NCBI GenBank assembly: GCA_027886975.1
Contig: JAPCJK010000001.1
Location: 12,892-76,891 of the forward strand
From: Nitrososphaerota archaeon
GTDB taxonomy: Archaea > Thermoproteota > Nitrososphaeria > Nitrososphaerales > Gagatemarchaeaceae
DNA: 64,000 bases
Reading direction: 5' to 3'
Part shown: positions 26,117 through 35,799 of the stretch, one piece after another
Numbering within the stretch: the first letter of the stretch is position 1
How the letters are laid out: each line of letters opens with the position of its first letter
Notes under the pieces: model-generated
What the model was told of the DNA's origin: nothing
The model's database searches: none
The model's input: only the letters and a program-made list of their open reading frames with translations
Made by a program: the position numbers and the translations under genes

Positions 26117-26584
26117 CTACCGGTGCTCAGGATTGCCCTTCATCCACATTTTCTCCTCCCTCGTCGGGGTGAGTGGATACTCCACCATCCATAGAAACAT
26201 CCTGGCTGTAGACGGCCCAACGTGCTTGAATTTCTCTTGGAGTTCTTTCTGAAGCCTGACTTCGCCGCCTCCGAAGGAGTCAATGTACCCCTTGATTGAC
26301 CCGAACTCCTTTTCGATGGCGAGGATGGCCTTGGCATTCTCGACTGTCGCCCGGATCTTCTTCTCATTCCTCACGATCCCTTGATTTTTCATGAGCGTTG
26401 CAACATCCCTCTCTGTTAGCCTAGCGACCTTGGCTGGGGAGAATCCGAAGAACGCCTTCTGGAACGCAGGCCATTTGTTTTCGACCATCTTCCAGTTGAG
26501 ACCCGCCGTGAAAATAGCCTTGGACATCCGACCGAAGTAGTCTGCGTCATCCTTGGGCGGAGTGACCTTCCAGGCTGGGGCCAT
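26117..26584 (-). CDS. tag: DNA-3-methyladenine glycosylase I-like protein (short form)
   Basis: AGLNW..V..K..AF..AF.GF, IVRNEKKIRATVENAKA, FKHVGPST. Confidence 0.85.
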   Translation of the reverse strand: MAPAWKVTPPKDDADYFGRMSKAIFTAGLNWKMVENKWPAFQKAFFGFSPAKVARLTERDVATLMKNQGIVRNEKKIRATVENAKAILAIEKEFGSIKGYIDSFGGGEVRLQKELQEKFKHVGPSTARMFLWMVEYPLTPTREEKMWMKGNPEHR

Positions 26585-26733
26585 AGCAGATTAGACCTTT
26601 GTTCTTCTATTTATTCCATCTTTGACTGGTCGTTGCGATAGCTCCTACGACTTGAATGGTTCTTCTGTCTGGCCCTGCGAAGTATACTTTCATTCCCAGA
26701 CTGAATAAATACCCGGCACCCAAACCCCGGCTT

Positions 26734-27120
26734 ATGGATTCAATAGTCCATTTCGAAATACCTGCAAAAGACGTGAAGAGAGCCTCGACCTTCTACACGA
26801 AGGCGTTCGGCTGGCAGATCACCCAATTCCCGAACTTCGAGTATTGGAGCCTGGTCACCACAGCCTCGGACCAGAATGGCACCCCCCAAACCCCCGGCGC
26901 CATAAACGGCGGAATGGGGAAGAAAGGCACAATGGCACCCAATGCGGTAACCGTGACCATCAGCGTGCCTGACATCGACGCCGCTCTGGCGAATGTGAAG
27001 AAGCTCGGAGGCAAGGTAACTGGGAAGAAGACGCCTGTCGGAGACATGGGCTTCAGTGCCTATTTCGAGGACACCGAAGGCAACAACATCGGCCTCTTCC
27101 AGTCAACAGGACGGATGTAA
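26734..27120 (+). CDS. VOC/glyoxalase family protein
   Basis: IVHFEIPA, FYTKAFGW, GAINGG, YFEDTEGN; ATAAATA 22 nt upstream of ATG 26734. Confidence 0.92.
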   Translation: MDSIVHFEIPAKDVKRASTFYTKAFGWQITQFPNFEYWSLVTTASDQNGTPQTPGAINGGMGKKGTMAPNAVTVTISVPDIDAALANVKKLGGKVTGKKTPVGDMGFSAYFEDTEGNNIGLFQSTGRM

Positions 27121-27248
27121 TCGAGTCTCGGGCGCTAAACCCGGGCCTCTTCCTTTGTTATTTGTCGGTAGGGATTCTCAGTGGAACTTACTGCAGGGCC
27201 CTGGTGCCCTCTGAGGAAGCCCCAGCCGGGCGAGCATAGCTAAAACGG

Positions 27249-28481
27249 TTAGCCCCCGAAGTGCCTACTTCTGAACTGCAGAAAGAATGCGGCGAAGGCC
27301 CCTGCGCAGAGTATGCTGCAGAGCATGAAAAGAGCGGCGAAATCGAATTGCATCGAGACATATCCGCCCAGAAATCCGCCGCCGGCACTCCCCAGGCCCA
27401 CGAGTGCCCCGTAGAACCCGGCTTGTCCCACCTGTGCGGTCTCGAGAAAAGCGAACATGCTCGAAACGTCAAAGAGCGACCAGACTCCCTCGAGCACTGC
27501 GAGCACTACCGCAGCCACTGCGAGGCCAGGAGCAGCTCCCAAAGCCGCCAAAAGCAGGAGGGGTATCACTATCGTCCTCACTGAGGACGAGAGGGCCAGA
27601 CTCCTCCCAGTACCCCCGGCTCGACGTCCGACGATCAGGTAGGAGATGGATCCGGCCAGCGAGCCCCCGAAGAATACCAAGAACACTGCCTGCGGGGAGT
27701 AGAAACGGAGGAAGTACGCTGGCAGCGGGGAATAGAACGCCGCTCCGGCGAGGGAGAAGGTGAGGATTCCGAGCATCAGATATTTCGTCGAATGGTTCAG
27801 GGAACCCAGGACCTTACCATAATCCATCCTGGGGGGAGAGATTCTCAGGGTCCCCACGATGTCCGACACTGCCACAAGGGTCGCTGTCGAGCGCTCGAGC
27901 GCTACTAGTCTCCTCTGAATCATTAGACCTGGTTCCTGAGCGAGCACACCCAAGGCGATGGCTGATGCACCGCAGAGCGCTCCGCAAACTAAGAAGAGTT
28001 GAGCGAATCCAACGCTGGCAACCAAGACCGCGCCTATCCCCATTCCCACAGTTTCGCCGAGCGTTGTGACGAACTGCATGTCAGCCAAACCCTTCTTCCA
28101 ACCTTCACGTTGTTCCGACTCTACCGTGAGGAGCTGCCGTGAAGGGAGGGTCGCCGCATAAAGAACCGACTTCAGAGAAACGATCGCGATGAGTCCCGAC
28201 ACGCTCCCCACGAACGGGACCAGAACAAATGAGACGCCCATCCCCACAAAGCCCAGGAGGAGAAATGGCTTGCACCTCCCGACGGAGTCCGTCATCCTCC
28301 CCCAAAGCGCCTGCGAAGGTATGAGGGCAAGGGCCGACAGTCCCGCAACCAAACCGATGTCAAAGAGCCCACCGTGCAGGTACGAAATCAGAAAGAACAG
28401 AACGAGTATGCTTGCGAGGCCGTTGGCAATTGCTTGTGGAATTAGGCCAAGTTTCCAGAATTTGCCTGCGGAGGACGGCAT
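27249..28481 (-). CDS. MFS transporter
   Basis: About 12 TM segments; motif A-like WGRMTDSVGRCKP. Confidence 0.85.
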   Translation of the reverse strand: MPSSAGKFWKLGLIPQAIANGLASILVLFFLISYLHGGLFDIGLVAGLSALALIPSQALWGRMTDSVGRCKPFLLLGFVGMGVSFVLVPFVGSVSGLIAIVSLKSVLYAATLPSRQLLTVESEQREGWKKGLADMQFVTTLGETVGMGIGAVLVASVGFAQLFLVCGALCGASAIALGVLAQEPGLMIQRRLVALERSTATLVAVSDIVGTLRISPPRMDYGKVLGSLNHSTKYLMLGILTFSLAGAAFYSPLPAYFLRFYSPQAVFLVFFGGSLAGSISYLIVGRRAGGTGRSLALSSSVRTIVIPLLLLAALGAAPGLAVAAVVLAVLEGVWSLFDVSSMFAFLETAQVGQAGFYGALVGLGSAGGGFLGGYVSMQFDFAALFMLCSILCAGAFAAFFLQFRSRHFGG

Positions 28482-28719
28482 CCCCTCCGATGGAATAATG
28501 GTCCTGAAGAGAAATTGAATCTAAAACAATTGCCCGGAGGGTGAAAATGCCAGAACTGCGTCTGATCCAGTCATAGAAAACTCGGACGCCGTTGCATTGA
28601 GTTCGTTTAAGGCCGAGAAACGCGACTTGCAGAGTCTAATCTAGTCAAAATCGTCCTAGTTGGAAGTGTAATGAGATTGATTTGGGGGCCTTTATCACGC
28701 TTATCATGGTGATATTGCG

Positions 28720-28863
28720 ATGACTAAGGCATACTGCGTGAAGGAAAAGAAGAACAGGGAGATGCACTCGCCCCGCACAGTCACCTTCAAGAACGGCCGC
28801 AAGGCCCTCACAGGAACATGTGAATCCTGTGGTACCAAGCTCTTCCGAATAACGGGCAAGTAA
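28720..28863 (+). CDS. Small basic zinc-ribbon protein, DUF5679-like (47 aa, not in ORF track)
   Basis: MTKAYCVKEKKNREMHSPRTVTFKNGRKALTGTCESCGTKLFRITGK*; GGTGA SD-like site upstream. Confidence 0.88.
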   Translation: MTKAYCVKEKKNREMHSPRTVTFKNGRKALTGTCESCGTKLFRITGK

Positions 28864-28971
28864 CAACATCTCCCTGTAGTTTTTCTTAGGGTGCCTACGG
28901 CTCAGACTACTGGAGTATTCCCAGTTTTCAGATATGCTTAGAAGGACGAGAAGAGCCAAATTAATTTCCTC

Positions 28972-29547
28972 TTGGGCGAAGTCATACGACTTATCTCCGT
29001 GAACGTCGGCAAGCCCCGCGAGATAGGTAAGGTTCGAGAGAAGCCTGTCGAATCTGCGATACACAAGACGTCGGTCAAGGGCCCTGTGAGAGTGAGGAAG
29101 CTCAATTTGGATGGAGACGGGCAGGCCGACTTGACAGTGCATGGAGGAGAGGACAAGGCAGTTTACGCCTACCCCTCGGAACACTACGCATACTGGAAGG
29201 GAAAATTCCCCGGGAGAGTTATGCCGTGGGGGATGTTTGGTGAGAATCTAACAACGCAAGGATTGATGGAGGGAGATGTTCACACCGGTGACCGTCTTGT
29301 GATTGGGTCCGCGGAATTCTTCGTAACCCAGCCGCGTCTCCCCTGCTTCAAGCTGGGGATCAAGTTCGGGACCAATGTCATGCTCAAGTGGTTCATGGAA
29401 TCTGAACGGACAGGATTCTATCTCGGAGTCTCGAGGGAGGGACAGATTGAAGCTGGAGATGCGATAAGCCTGGTCAGGACCAACCAAACATCAGTAACCA
29501 TTGCGTCAATCGTCCGAATGGCCAAGAAGAAGAGCAGTAGAGAATAG
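28972..29547 (+). CDS. MOSC domain protein (YiiM-like)
   Basis: GDGQADLTVHGGEDKAVYAY, FGENL, QPRLPCFKL, TGFYL. Confidence 0.93.
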   Translation: MGEVIRLISVNVGKPREIGKVREKPVESAIHKTSVKGPVRVRKLNLDGDGQADLTVHGGEDKAVYAYPSEHYAYWKGKFPGRVMPWGMFGENLTTQGLMEGDVHTGDRLVIGSAEFFVTQPRLPCFKLGIKFGTNVMLKWFMESERTGFYLGVSREGQIEAGDAISLVRTNQTSVTIASIVRMAKKKSSRE

Positions 29548-29588
29548 TCGTTTTCGCCTTAAATAGACAACATCCAAATTGATGCTCA

Positions 29589-29882
29589 TTGGACGAAGTG
29601 CGTCAGGCACACCTGCCAGGAAACTTCGAACTCTACGACCCTGATTCCACCGAGCCAGGGCCGGCCCTTTGCAAGTTGTGTTGGGAGGAAGAGGGCCAGA
29701 GGAACTCCTTGTCCTTGGACACTGTGTGGATCATGGTAGAAGGAAGAGAGGCGATGATGTGGCTCTGCCGCGGCCATCGTGAAAACATGAAGTCCAAAAG
29801 CGAATCAAGAGAGTCCCTTCGGAGCGTCAGCGGAGTAACCAGATATCCCGCCTTGCGCGCGCCTTTCGGGGGACGCCAATAA
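29589..29882 (+). CDS. Small hypothetical protein with CxxC...CxxH putative zinc finger
   Basis: CKLC and CRGH; TTAAATA at 29559-29565; abuts the next gene. Confidence 0.6.
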   Translation: MDEVRQAHLPGNFELYDPDSTEPGPALCKLCWEEEGQRNSLSLDTVWIMVEGREAMMWLCRGHRENMKSKSESRESLRSVSGVTRYPALRAPFGGRQ

Positions 29883-30488
29883 GTGATGGAAGAGGCTCTT
29901 CCTCCCGGTCAGGTTTGGGGGAAGAAGTTTGTGATCTACGCAGCGTTGGGCATTCCCAGGGTCGATGCACAGAAGTGGAGGCTGAAGGTCGATGGACTCG
30001 TCACATCTCCTATCGAATACACCTACTCCCAACTCACTTCGATCCCTCAGACCCGGTATGTCAAGTCGTTTTATTGCGTAACTAAATGGTCAATCAAGGA
30101 CGTGGAGTGGGAAGGCGTCCCCATCAAAGACTTGGTCAGCGCAGCCGGGCCTAAACCCGATGCAAAATGGGTCATGTTCCACTGCGAAGAGGGGTACACC
30201 GCACCCGTGCCGATTGAAGACGCGGTGGATGCGGATGCATTGCTTGCTTTCAAGCTCAACGGCAAGCCTCTAAGCGCGGAACAGGGGTTCCCAGCCAGAC
30301 CCTTCTTCCCCAACCTCTACGGATGGAAGAGCGCCAAATGGGTGAACAGAATCGAGTTCGTCGGCGGATATCAGGACGGTTACTGGGAGATTTACGGCTA
30401 CCACGAGAGAGCGAACATCTGGGCGGAGGAACGGTTCAAGGGGGACCACGGCAAGCCCGTCAAGAGGACGGCGTACGGGACTGCCTAG
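29883..30488 (+). CDS. Sulfite oxidase-like molybdopterin oxidoreductase (YuiH-like)
   Basis: LPPGQ, WRLKVDGLV, YCVTKWS (Mo Cys), GFPAR, LYGWKSAKW, GYWE..GYH. Confidence 0.92.
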   Translation: MMEEALPPGQVWGKKFVIYAALGIPRVDAQKWRLKVDGLVTSPIEYTYSQLTSIPQTRYVKSFYCVTKWSIKDVEWEGVPIKDLVSAAGPKPDAKWVMFHCEEGYTAPVPIEDAVDADALLAFKLNGKPLSAEQGFPARPFFPNLYGWKSAKWVNRIEFVGGYQDGYWEIYGYHERANIWAEERFKGDHGKPVKRTAYGTA

Positions 30489-30508
30489 TTTCAGCTAGAG
30501 TTCTTCCT

Positions 30509-31063
30509 TCAAGATGCGACTTGCGGCTCGCTTGGGAGCACAGGTTCTGATCGGGCAATCTGCACCTCTTCGAGTGTCTTCAATCTCTTCTCCAAATCTT
30601 CCATCGACCGGGTAAGATGCTCCACGGTCGAAAGGAGACCTTCGATTCGCGAATCTTTTGCTGGCTGGACCTTGAAGCTCGGTGGGAGGCGCCCTTCCTT
30701 GATCATCTGCAAGATAAGCCGATAGAGCCTATCCTCGACCGACGACTGGTCGCTTTCTACTGTCTGCACCCCTGCCGAGTATGATTCCAAGAGGCTGTCG
30801 AGGTCGGAGAACCTCTTGTCTTTGTAGGTAACCCTGTGCTGATACCCGGTCCCGACGGCGCTGGATGACGCCCATATCTCGGATTTCTTGATCTTCTCAA
30901 ACTGGGGAGCGTCCATCAGATATTCCGCGTTCAGGCCGGTCATTGGATTCTTCTCTGCGAAGTTCGGCTTGATTGAACCGTTGTAATAGGCTAAGGCGAA
31001 GTCTTCCACCAGTCGTCGGCGCATTGTCATGCCGAAGCTCGAATTGTCGTTTCCCTCGCTCAA
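30509..31063 (-). CDS. Hypothetical protein with C-terminal coiled coil
   Basis: Heptad-like VEHLTRSMEDLEKRLKTLEE; no family recognised. Confidence 0.65.
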   Translation of the reverse strand: MSEGNDNSSFGMTMRRRLVEDFALAYYNGSIKPNFAEKNPMTGLNAEYLMDAPQFEKIKKSEIWASSSAVGTGYQHRVTYKDKRFSDLDSLLESYSAGVQTVESDQSSVEDRLYRLILQMIKEGRLPPSFKVQPAKDSRIEGLLSTVEHLTRSMEDLEKRLKTLEEVQIARSEPVLPSEPQVAS

Positions 31064-31185
31064 TTTTCCTGACGATAACTCATGGGAGCGGATGCTTATT
31101 GAGAAACTAAGCCTAGGAATCTTAATCAGAATGTCAGCATTGGACGATAGGAGGCCTGATCGTGAGGCCTTGTCTTCCGGGATTG

Positions 31186-31563
31186 TTATTCTCTCTGATC
31201 CATTGCGGCCAGATTCCGCTGCACGGCCTCGTTGGTCTTCTTGAGTTCGTCAATAGGGCTGAATTCAATCCATTCCGTTCCAGCGTCAGTTACGGTAGAA
31301 TGCCCGGGGGCCATGTAGTAAGCGTCGCCCCCATTGAGGACCTCTTCATGGTCGACATACTTGACCAGTTTCCGTCCTTTCAGGACCATACCCCAATGAG
31401 GGCACTGGCACTTGTCATTTGGTAGCCCTTTGAGTAAAGGAGCGATATCCAGAGTCTGGTGGCATATTGTCAGGCCCACATGCATTTCTCCCCAGTCGGC
31501 TTCTCGAATTGTCAGTTCCTCGACGTCGACGGTCTTGGGCAGGTCAAAGCCGGATCCGCGCAT
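31186..31563 (-). CDS. Cupin domain protein
   Basis: LLKGLPNDKCQCPHWGMVLKG and GDAYYMAPGH. Confidence 0.85.
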   Translation of the reverse strand: MRGSGFDLPKTVDVEELTIREADWGEMHVGLTICHQTLDIAPLLKGLPNDKCQCPHWGMVLKGRKLVKYVDHEEVLNGGDAYYMAPGHSTVTDAGTEWIEFSPIDELKKTNEAVQRNLAAMDQRE

Positions 31564-31617
31564 TCGTCGTCACCAGCGTATAGGGTCAGATATTAGTTTG
31601 CCCAGTCGTCTCCGGCC

Positions 31618-32505
31618 CTACGCCGATTGTTGAGCTCCGCATTTGGGGCAGACGGAAGCCCAGGAAGCCATTTGGGTACCACAGCGAGGGCAGAACTTTG
31701 TCTCCGGCTGGACCGCACTGGCCGCGGCCATCGGAGTTTGGCTCATCTGCGGAGGGTTAATCCTAGCGACGTTCGAGTAGTAATAGATGGTCAGGGCAAT
31801 CGGGGCCAGGGGAGTGTAGAATGCCGAGAGTATGCTGCTTACGATGCTGCTGGCAAAGCCGAAGGGCGCACTGATCAGACCTGCTATGAACCCCGCTATG
31901 ACCAAAATTATTCCAAAGACGATGAACAAAGCAAACGACTTCAGCCACCTGTGGTCGACGAGCTTGCGGCTTCGCCCCATGCTTTCTACGATTCCTTTGT
32001 TCTCGTTTAGGAGCACAGGAATCGCAAGGGAGAACATTATTCCTAATATTATCCCTGGGACGAGCAAGGCGATCACTCCCAGCCCGACAATCACCCCAAC
32101 GATGATACTCAAGCCCCAGAGCCACACCAATTTTGATATGGTGAAACGGACCGAAGCTCCGAGGTCTGCGTGTCCTTTCTCAATTTCTTGAGATGCCATC
32201 TTAATCGCGCTTGCGGTAGCCACGGTACCAACCACCAATGATATGATGATGCTCAGGGCGACGAGGTAAAACAGGGCTCTGAAGAACCCGGGCAACCAGT
32301 TCAGGGTATCTTGAGGCGTAGCGTTTGCGGGAAGAGTAGGGAGGACGACGGCACTCCTTAGCAAGGTGGTGAGGGTTCCGGTGATAGCCTCTACAATTAG
32401 GAAGACCACCAGATACTTCACGAAATCGTGCCGGTAAAGGTCGAAAGTCTTCGAAATCACCTCACCGATGGTCAGCTCACGTGTGATCGCCTGCGCCTCG
32501 GGCAT
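31618..32505 (-). CDS. Membrane protein with C-terminal zinc ribbon
   Basis: About 6 TM segments, ESMGRSRKLV, then FCPRCG...CPKCG. Confidence 0.85.
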   Translation of the reverse strand: MPEAQAITRELTIGEVISKTFDLYRHDFVKYLVVFLIVEAITGTLTTLLRSAVVLPTLPANATPQDTLNWLPGFFRALFYLVALSIIISLVVGTVATASAIKMASQEIEKGHADLGASVRFTISKLVWLWGLSIIVGVIVGLGVIALLVPGIILGIMFSLAIPVLLNENKGIVESMGRSRKLVDHRWLKSFALFIVFGIILVIAGFIAGLISAPFGFASSIVSSILSAFYTPLAPIALTIYYYSNVARINPPQMSQTPMAAASAVQPETKFCPRCGTQMASWASVCPKCGAQQSA

Positions 32506-32610
32506 CTGGATGCGTGGTTCTGCTCTGTGTTACATATTCGTTTGGCCCGAAGACAAATTCGACAGATTGGAGTTTGTTTGTCCAGCGGATGATAAATAGG
32601 AGACCATGTC

Positions 32611-32823
32611 ATGGGGCAAAACATGACAACCAGGAAAGAGGCCAAGGAAGCGGCACGGAAAGCCTTCAAAGAATCTAAGGATACGGCGCGAAAGGCCTAC
32701 AAGGACGGAGTGGCAGAGGCACGGAGAATACGGAAAGAAGCCATAGCTAAAGCGCGGAAAGTACGCCAGAATACGATGGCAGAGGCAAAGAAATTGCGCA
32801 AGAAGGTTTCAGCGCAAAGATAG
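32611..32823 (+). CDS. Small basic Ala/Lys/Arg-rich protein with 11-residue repeats
   Basis: ARKAFKESKDT/ARKAYKDGVAE/ARRIRKEAIAK/ARKVRQNTMAE/AKKLRKKVSAQ; ATAAATA and GGAG upstream. Confidence 0.75.
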   Translation: MGQNMTTRKEAKEAARKAFKESKDTARKAYKDGVAEARRIRKEAIAKARKVRQNTMAEAKKLRKKVSAQR

Positions 32824-33017
32824 CCACGCGGCTTGGCGCTTAGACCGCCTTGATTCTCTTCGCAACCGTGGGCCCCACTTTCTTCAGGGCCCTGAAGCCA
32901 CAGTTTTTGCATCGAATCTCCGGAAACCTGGATAATTCTTCCAAGCTTTGTTTGGTTCCGCAGCGCTCACATTCGTAGATTATTGAACGGAAGACTCTCG
33001 CCTGGTCTTTCCCCACT

Positions 33018-33566
33018 TCAAATGTCTGATTGCTGTGGTGGTCCTTCAGCGAACGACCCCGTCTTCACCTCTCCTGCGCGCCCATACGTCGCAACAATGA
33101 CTCCTTTTAGCGAAGTACTGGAGTCGATGAGTTTGAATCCAGCGGGAACGGTTCCTTCGGCGAACAGACGCTTGCCGCTGCCGTGGACCTGAAGTTCTGG
33201 GCCGCTTTGTTCCTTAATCTTCCTGATCTCCTGGACGACATCACCTGAAATGAGGACGGATTTGGCCCAATCAGCCTTCCTCAAAGTCGTCGAAACGACG
33301 AACTTGGTGGCACTGTTCAATTCCTTCGCGCCTGGTACCTCTGCTTTCGGCCAATAGTCCGCAAATATTTCGTAGGTTTTCCGCCCAAGGAGCAGGTCGA
33401 AAGGCCACTTCATCTGCTCCGTCATAACGTTGCCCATGAAGTCGTCCCAATACGGAGCGGACCACCCGCCATGTTTGAATCCGCCAGAAGAGTCTTCTTC
33501 AGGCCCTCCGGGCGCCTGCATCACGCCATCAAGTGTCACGAAAGTGAGGACGACGAGTTTCCTCAT
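33018..33566 (-). pseudogene. RibD C-terminal / DHFR-like protein with an apparent in-frame internal deletion
   Basis: MRKLVV..FVTLDGVMQAPGGPEED, LLGRKTYEIF; VHGSG joins directly to KRLF, lacking the usual L...LVDE...I.P..LG.G segment. Confidence 0.7.
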
Positions 33567-33709
33567 GTGCCTGCGTCTCCTTCGGCCAATCCCACGAATA
33601 AAAGTGATTGCGATGTCGTCAAGAGGCCCCGAGTCCCGGTATGAATGCGGAATACATAACGCAGAATAAGCGTCCGACCTCGTCACGAGAGCGAAGGGAT
33701 GCTGTCTAG

Positions 33710-34102
33710 ATGACAACGACGGTCAAGGCGGAACTCGCCGAAGTCGTAGAATCGTGCTTGGGGGCACTCGCCCAGCAGGCAAAATTCGAACAGTCGCTTT
33801 ACTCGGACTTGAAGAGTGTTGAGAAGAGTATCAGGTGGTTCAGTAACCGAAGAGGTAACGAACCGGTCACAGTCGAAGTAGGAACAGAGATCGCGGAGCA
33901 TGTACGAAGGGCCATTGAAGCAATCCACCTGAGCGCACAAGGCGTGCATATTGTCCTGCTCCTCCTGCTGAAAGTGTCCTTGCTAGCTCAGCAAGAAACA
34001 AGCATGAACACCGAGGCCCTAGCAGAGGCCAAGAAGGAACTCGAATCCTGGTTTGAGCAGTGGACGACTACAAAGGAAGCCTGGGACCAGTACACTGAGT
34101 AG
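33710..34102 (+). CDS. Hypothetical helical protein
   Basis: 130-aa ORF filling the gap; no motif recognised. Confidence 0.55.
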   Translation: MTTTVKAELAEVVESCLGALAQQAKFEQSLYSDLKSVEKSIRWFSNRRGNEPVTVEVGTEIAEHVRRAIEAIHLSAQGVHIVLLLLLKVSLLAQQETSMNTEALAEAKKELESWFEQWTTTKEAWDQYTE

Positions 34103-34702
34103 TCAGTTAAATCTGAACGTTGCAGAAATGGTCGTAGAGTTGGACTGCTGGAAGTTTTGCCCGTTCGTCCCCCAGAAGAGATTGAAATTCACGGTCACGG
34201 TGCCAGGCTGGACCAGCCTGAAGTGGTAGCCACTCCAGCACCCTGGCGTCACGGAAGTGTGGTTCTGGCCTGGGTTGACCGGCGCAATGAACTCTGCGCA
34301 TGCGCACACAGGTCCTGATGAGACCTTCTGAAGCACAGGAGAATTCGCCGGTAAAGTAGCGGTAAGTCCGCTTCCACAGCCGCTTATGACGTAGACCGGA
34401 GAGGTGCCCACATTCTCGAAGAGGACGGTGAAGGTGACGATCCTCTCGCTGCCCGTGCCCTGGTATACAGTCGCTCGCACGTCATCTATCTTGACTTGAT
34501 TGTTCGGCGAATAGGAGAATGAACCAGTCGTAGTGCAAGTGGTGGAAGTCGTCGAAGTGATAGTAGTCGAGGAGCCGTTGGTTGTTGAGGGCTGAAGCGC
34601 AGAGGGCAGGTATATGGCCGCCCCGGCCACGATGATCAGTCCTACTGCGGCGACTGCCAACCACCTCATCGTAAGCATCAATCCATCTTCGCCCAATCCC
34701 AT
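34103..34702 (-). CDS. Hypothetical membrane-anchored surface protein
   Basis: TM helix, T-rich linker, Ig-like beta domain with several Cys; start uncertain. Confidence 0.7.
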   Translation of the reverse strand: MGLGEDGLMLTMRWLAVAAVGLIIVAGAAIYLPSALQPSTTNGSSTTITSTTSTTCTTTGSFSYSPNNQVKIDDVRATVYQGTGSERIVTFTVLFENVGTSPVYVISGCGSGLTATLPANSPVLQKVSSGPVCACAEFIAPVNPGQNHTSVTPGCWSGYHFRLVQPGTVTVNFNLFWGTNGQNFQQSNSTTISATFRFN

Positions 34703-34843
34703 CTTCTCCCCGGTGGTTAATAGTCCCAACGACGCGAACGACTCGTGTCCCGTCCGTTCCGTTCCTTGCTTTTGAGACAGCAAGATGAGACATTGTTGAA
34801 CCAGAGATGTCAGGCTTAAGAACGAGCGTCCGAAAGAAGGCGT

Positions 34844-35704
34844 TTGTTGGACCCGGAGAAAGCCTGCCTGGTTAACTGCGAGCTTTTTGGCAAACACGCA
34901 GGGCTCTTCGAATCGGCAATCGTCCCACTCTGGCAAGGAGTCTACGATTCACTCGTCCAAAGGGCTCGAATTGCCGAAGCCTCCAGAGTCTTGGACGTAG
35001 GCACAGGGACCGGGGAGGTGGCGCTACGCCTCGGCCGTCTAGTGGGGCGGAAGGGCCGTGTGGTCGGAATCGACGCCCAGCCCGAGATGCTCCAGATAGC
35101 CATGCGCAAAGCGAAGGGCGACGGTTCTGGCAACGTCGAATTCAAACAAATGCCGATGGAGGAAATCAAACTTCCAGATGATTCGTTCGATTCGGTGGTC
35201 GGGAATTACTCTTTGTGCTGCTGCATGGACTACGAGGCCACACTCACCGAGTGTCGCAGGGTGCTGAAGCCGGGGGGACGGCTGACATACAACCACGGCG
35301 GGCCTTCCGACCCGCTGGCATACCAGGTAATCACCAGGATTTTCGAGGATTACAAGACGACGACCCCGACCAAGAAATTGAGCGAAATTCGAGAGGCATC
35401 AGCTCTCCAGTCAGAGGCGGTCCAGAAGTACAGGGATCCCATGGTAACCTTGGACACCTTGAGGAGCATCGGTTACGGCGAGGCGGAGGCCACGGTCACC
35501 CAGCGTGTCATCGATTACAAGGACGCCGGAAGCTTTGTCGACGAATGGATTTCCTTTGATTGGAGCTCCGAGGTCGAAGAAATTCCATCTCCTGAAATGA
35601 AAGTCTTCAGGAAAGAAGCCATTGAGGCTCTTCGCCCCTTGTCCAAGGTAGAGGGTTTCAGGGTCGAGGCCGACGAGGTCTTCTTCACCGGTTTGAAGCG
35701 TTGA
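34844..35704 (+). CDS. Class I SAM-dependent methyltransferase (UbiE-like)
   Basis: VLDVGTGTG, VVGID, PDDSFDSV, RVLKPGGRL. Confidence 0.92.
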   Translation: MLDPEKACLVNCELFGKHAGLFESAIVPLWQGVYDSLVQRARIAEASRVLDVGTGTGEVALRLGRLVGRKGRVVGIDAQPEMLQIAMRKAKGDGSGNVEFKQMPMEEIKLPDDSFDSVVGNYSLCCCMDYEATLTECRRVLKPGGRLTYNHGGPSDPLAYQVITRIFEDYKTTTPTKKLSEIREASALQSEAVQKYRDPMVTLDTLRSIGYGEAEATVTQRVIDYKDAGSFVDEWISFDWSSEVEEIPSPEMKVFRKEAIEALRPLSKVEGFRVEADEVFFTGLKR

Positions 35705-35799
35705 AGGAAGTTAAGCCTCGTCTGGTGCCGTAACAAACGTGTGCCCTGAACGAAGGCATAATTACAGGAGAGGGGCACTGGGGCCGAAGCAGACCTCAG

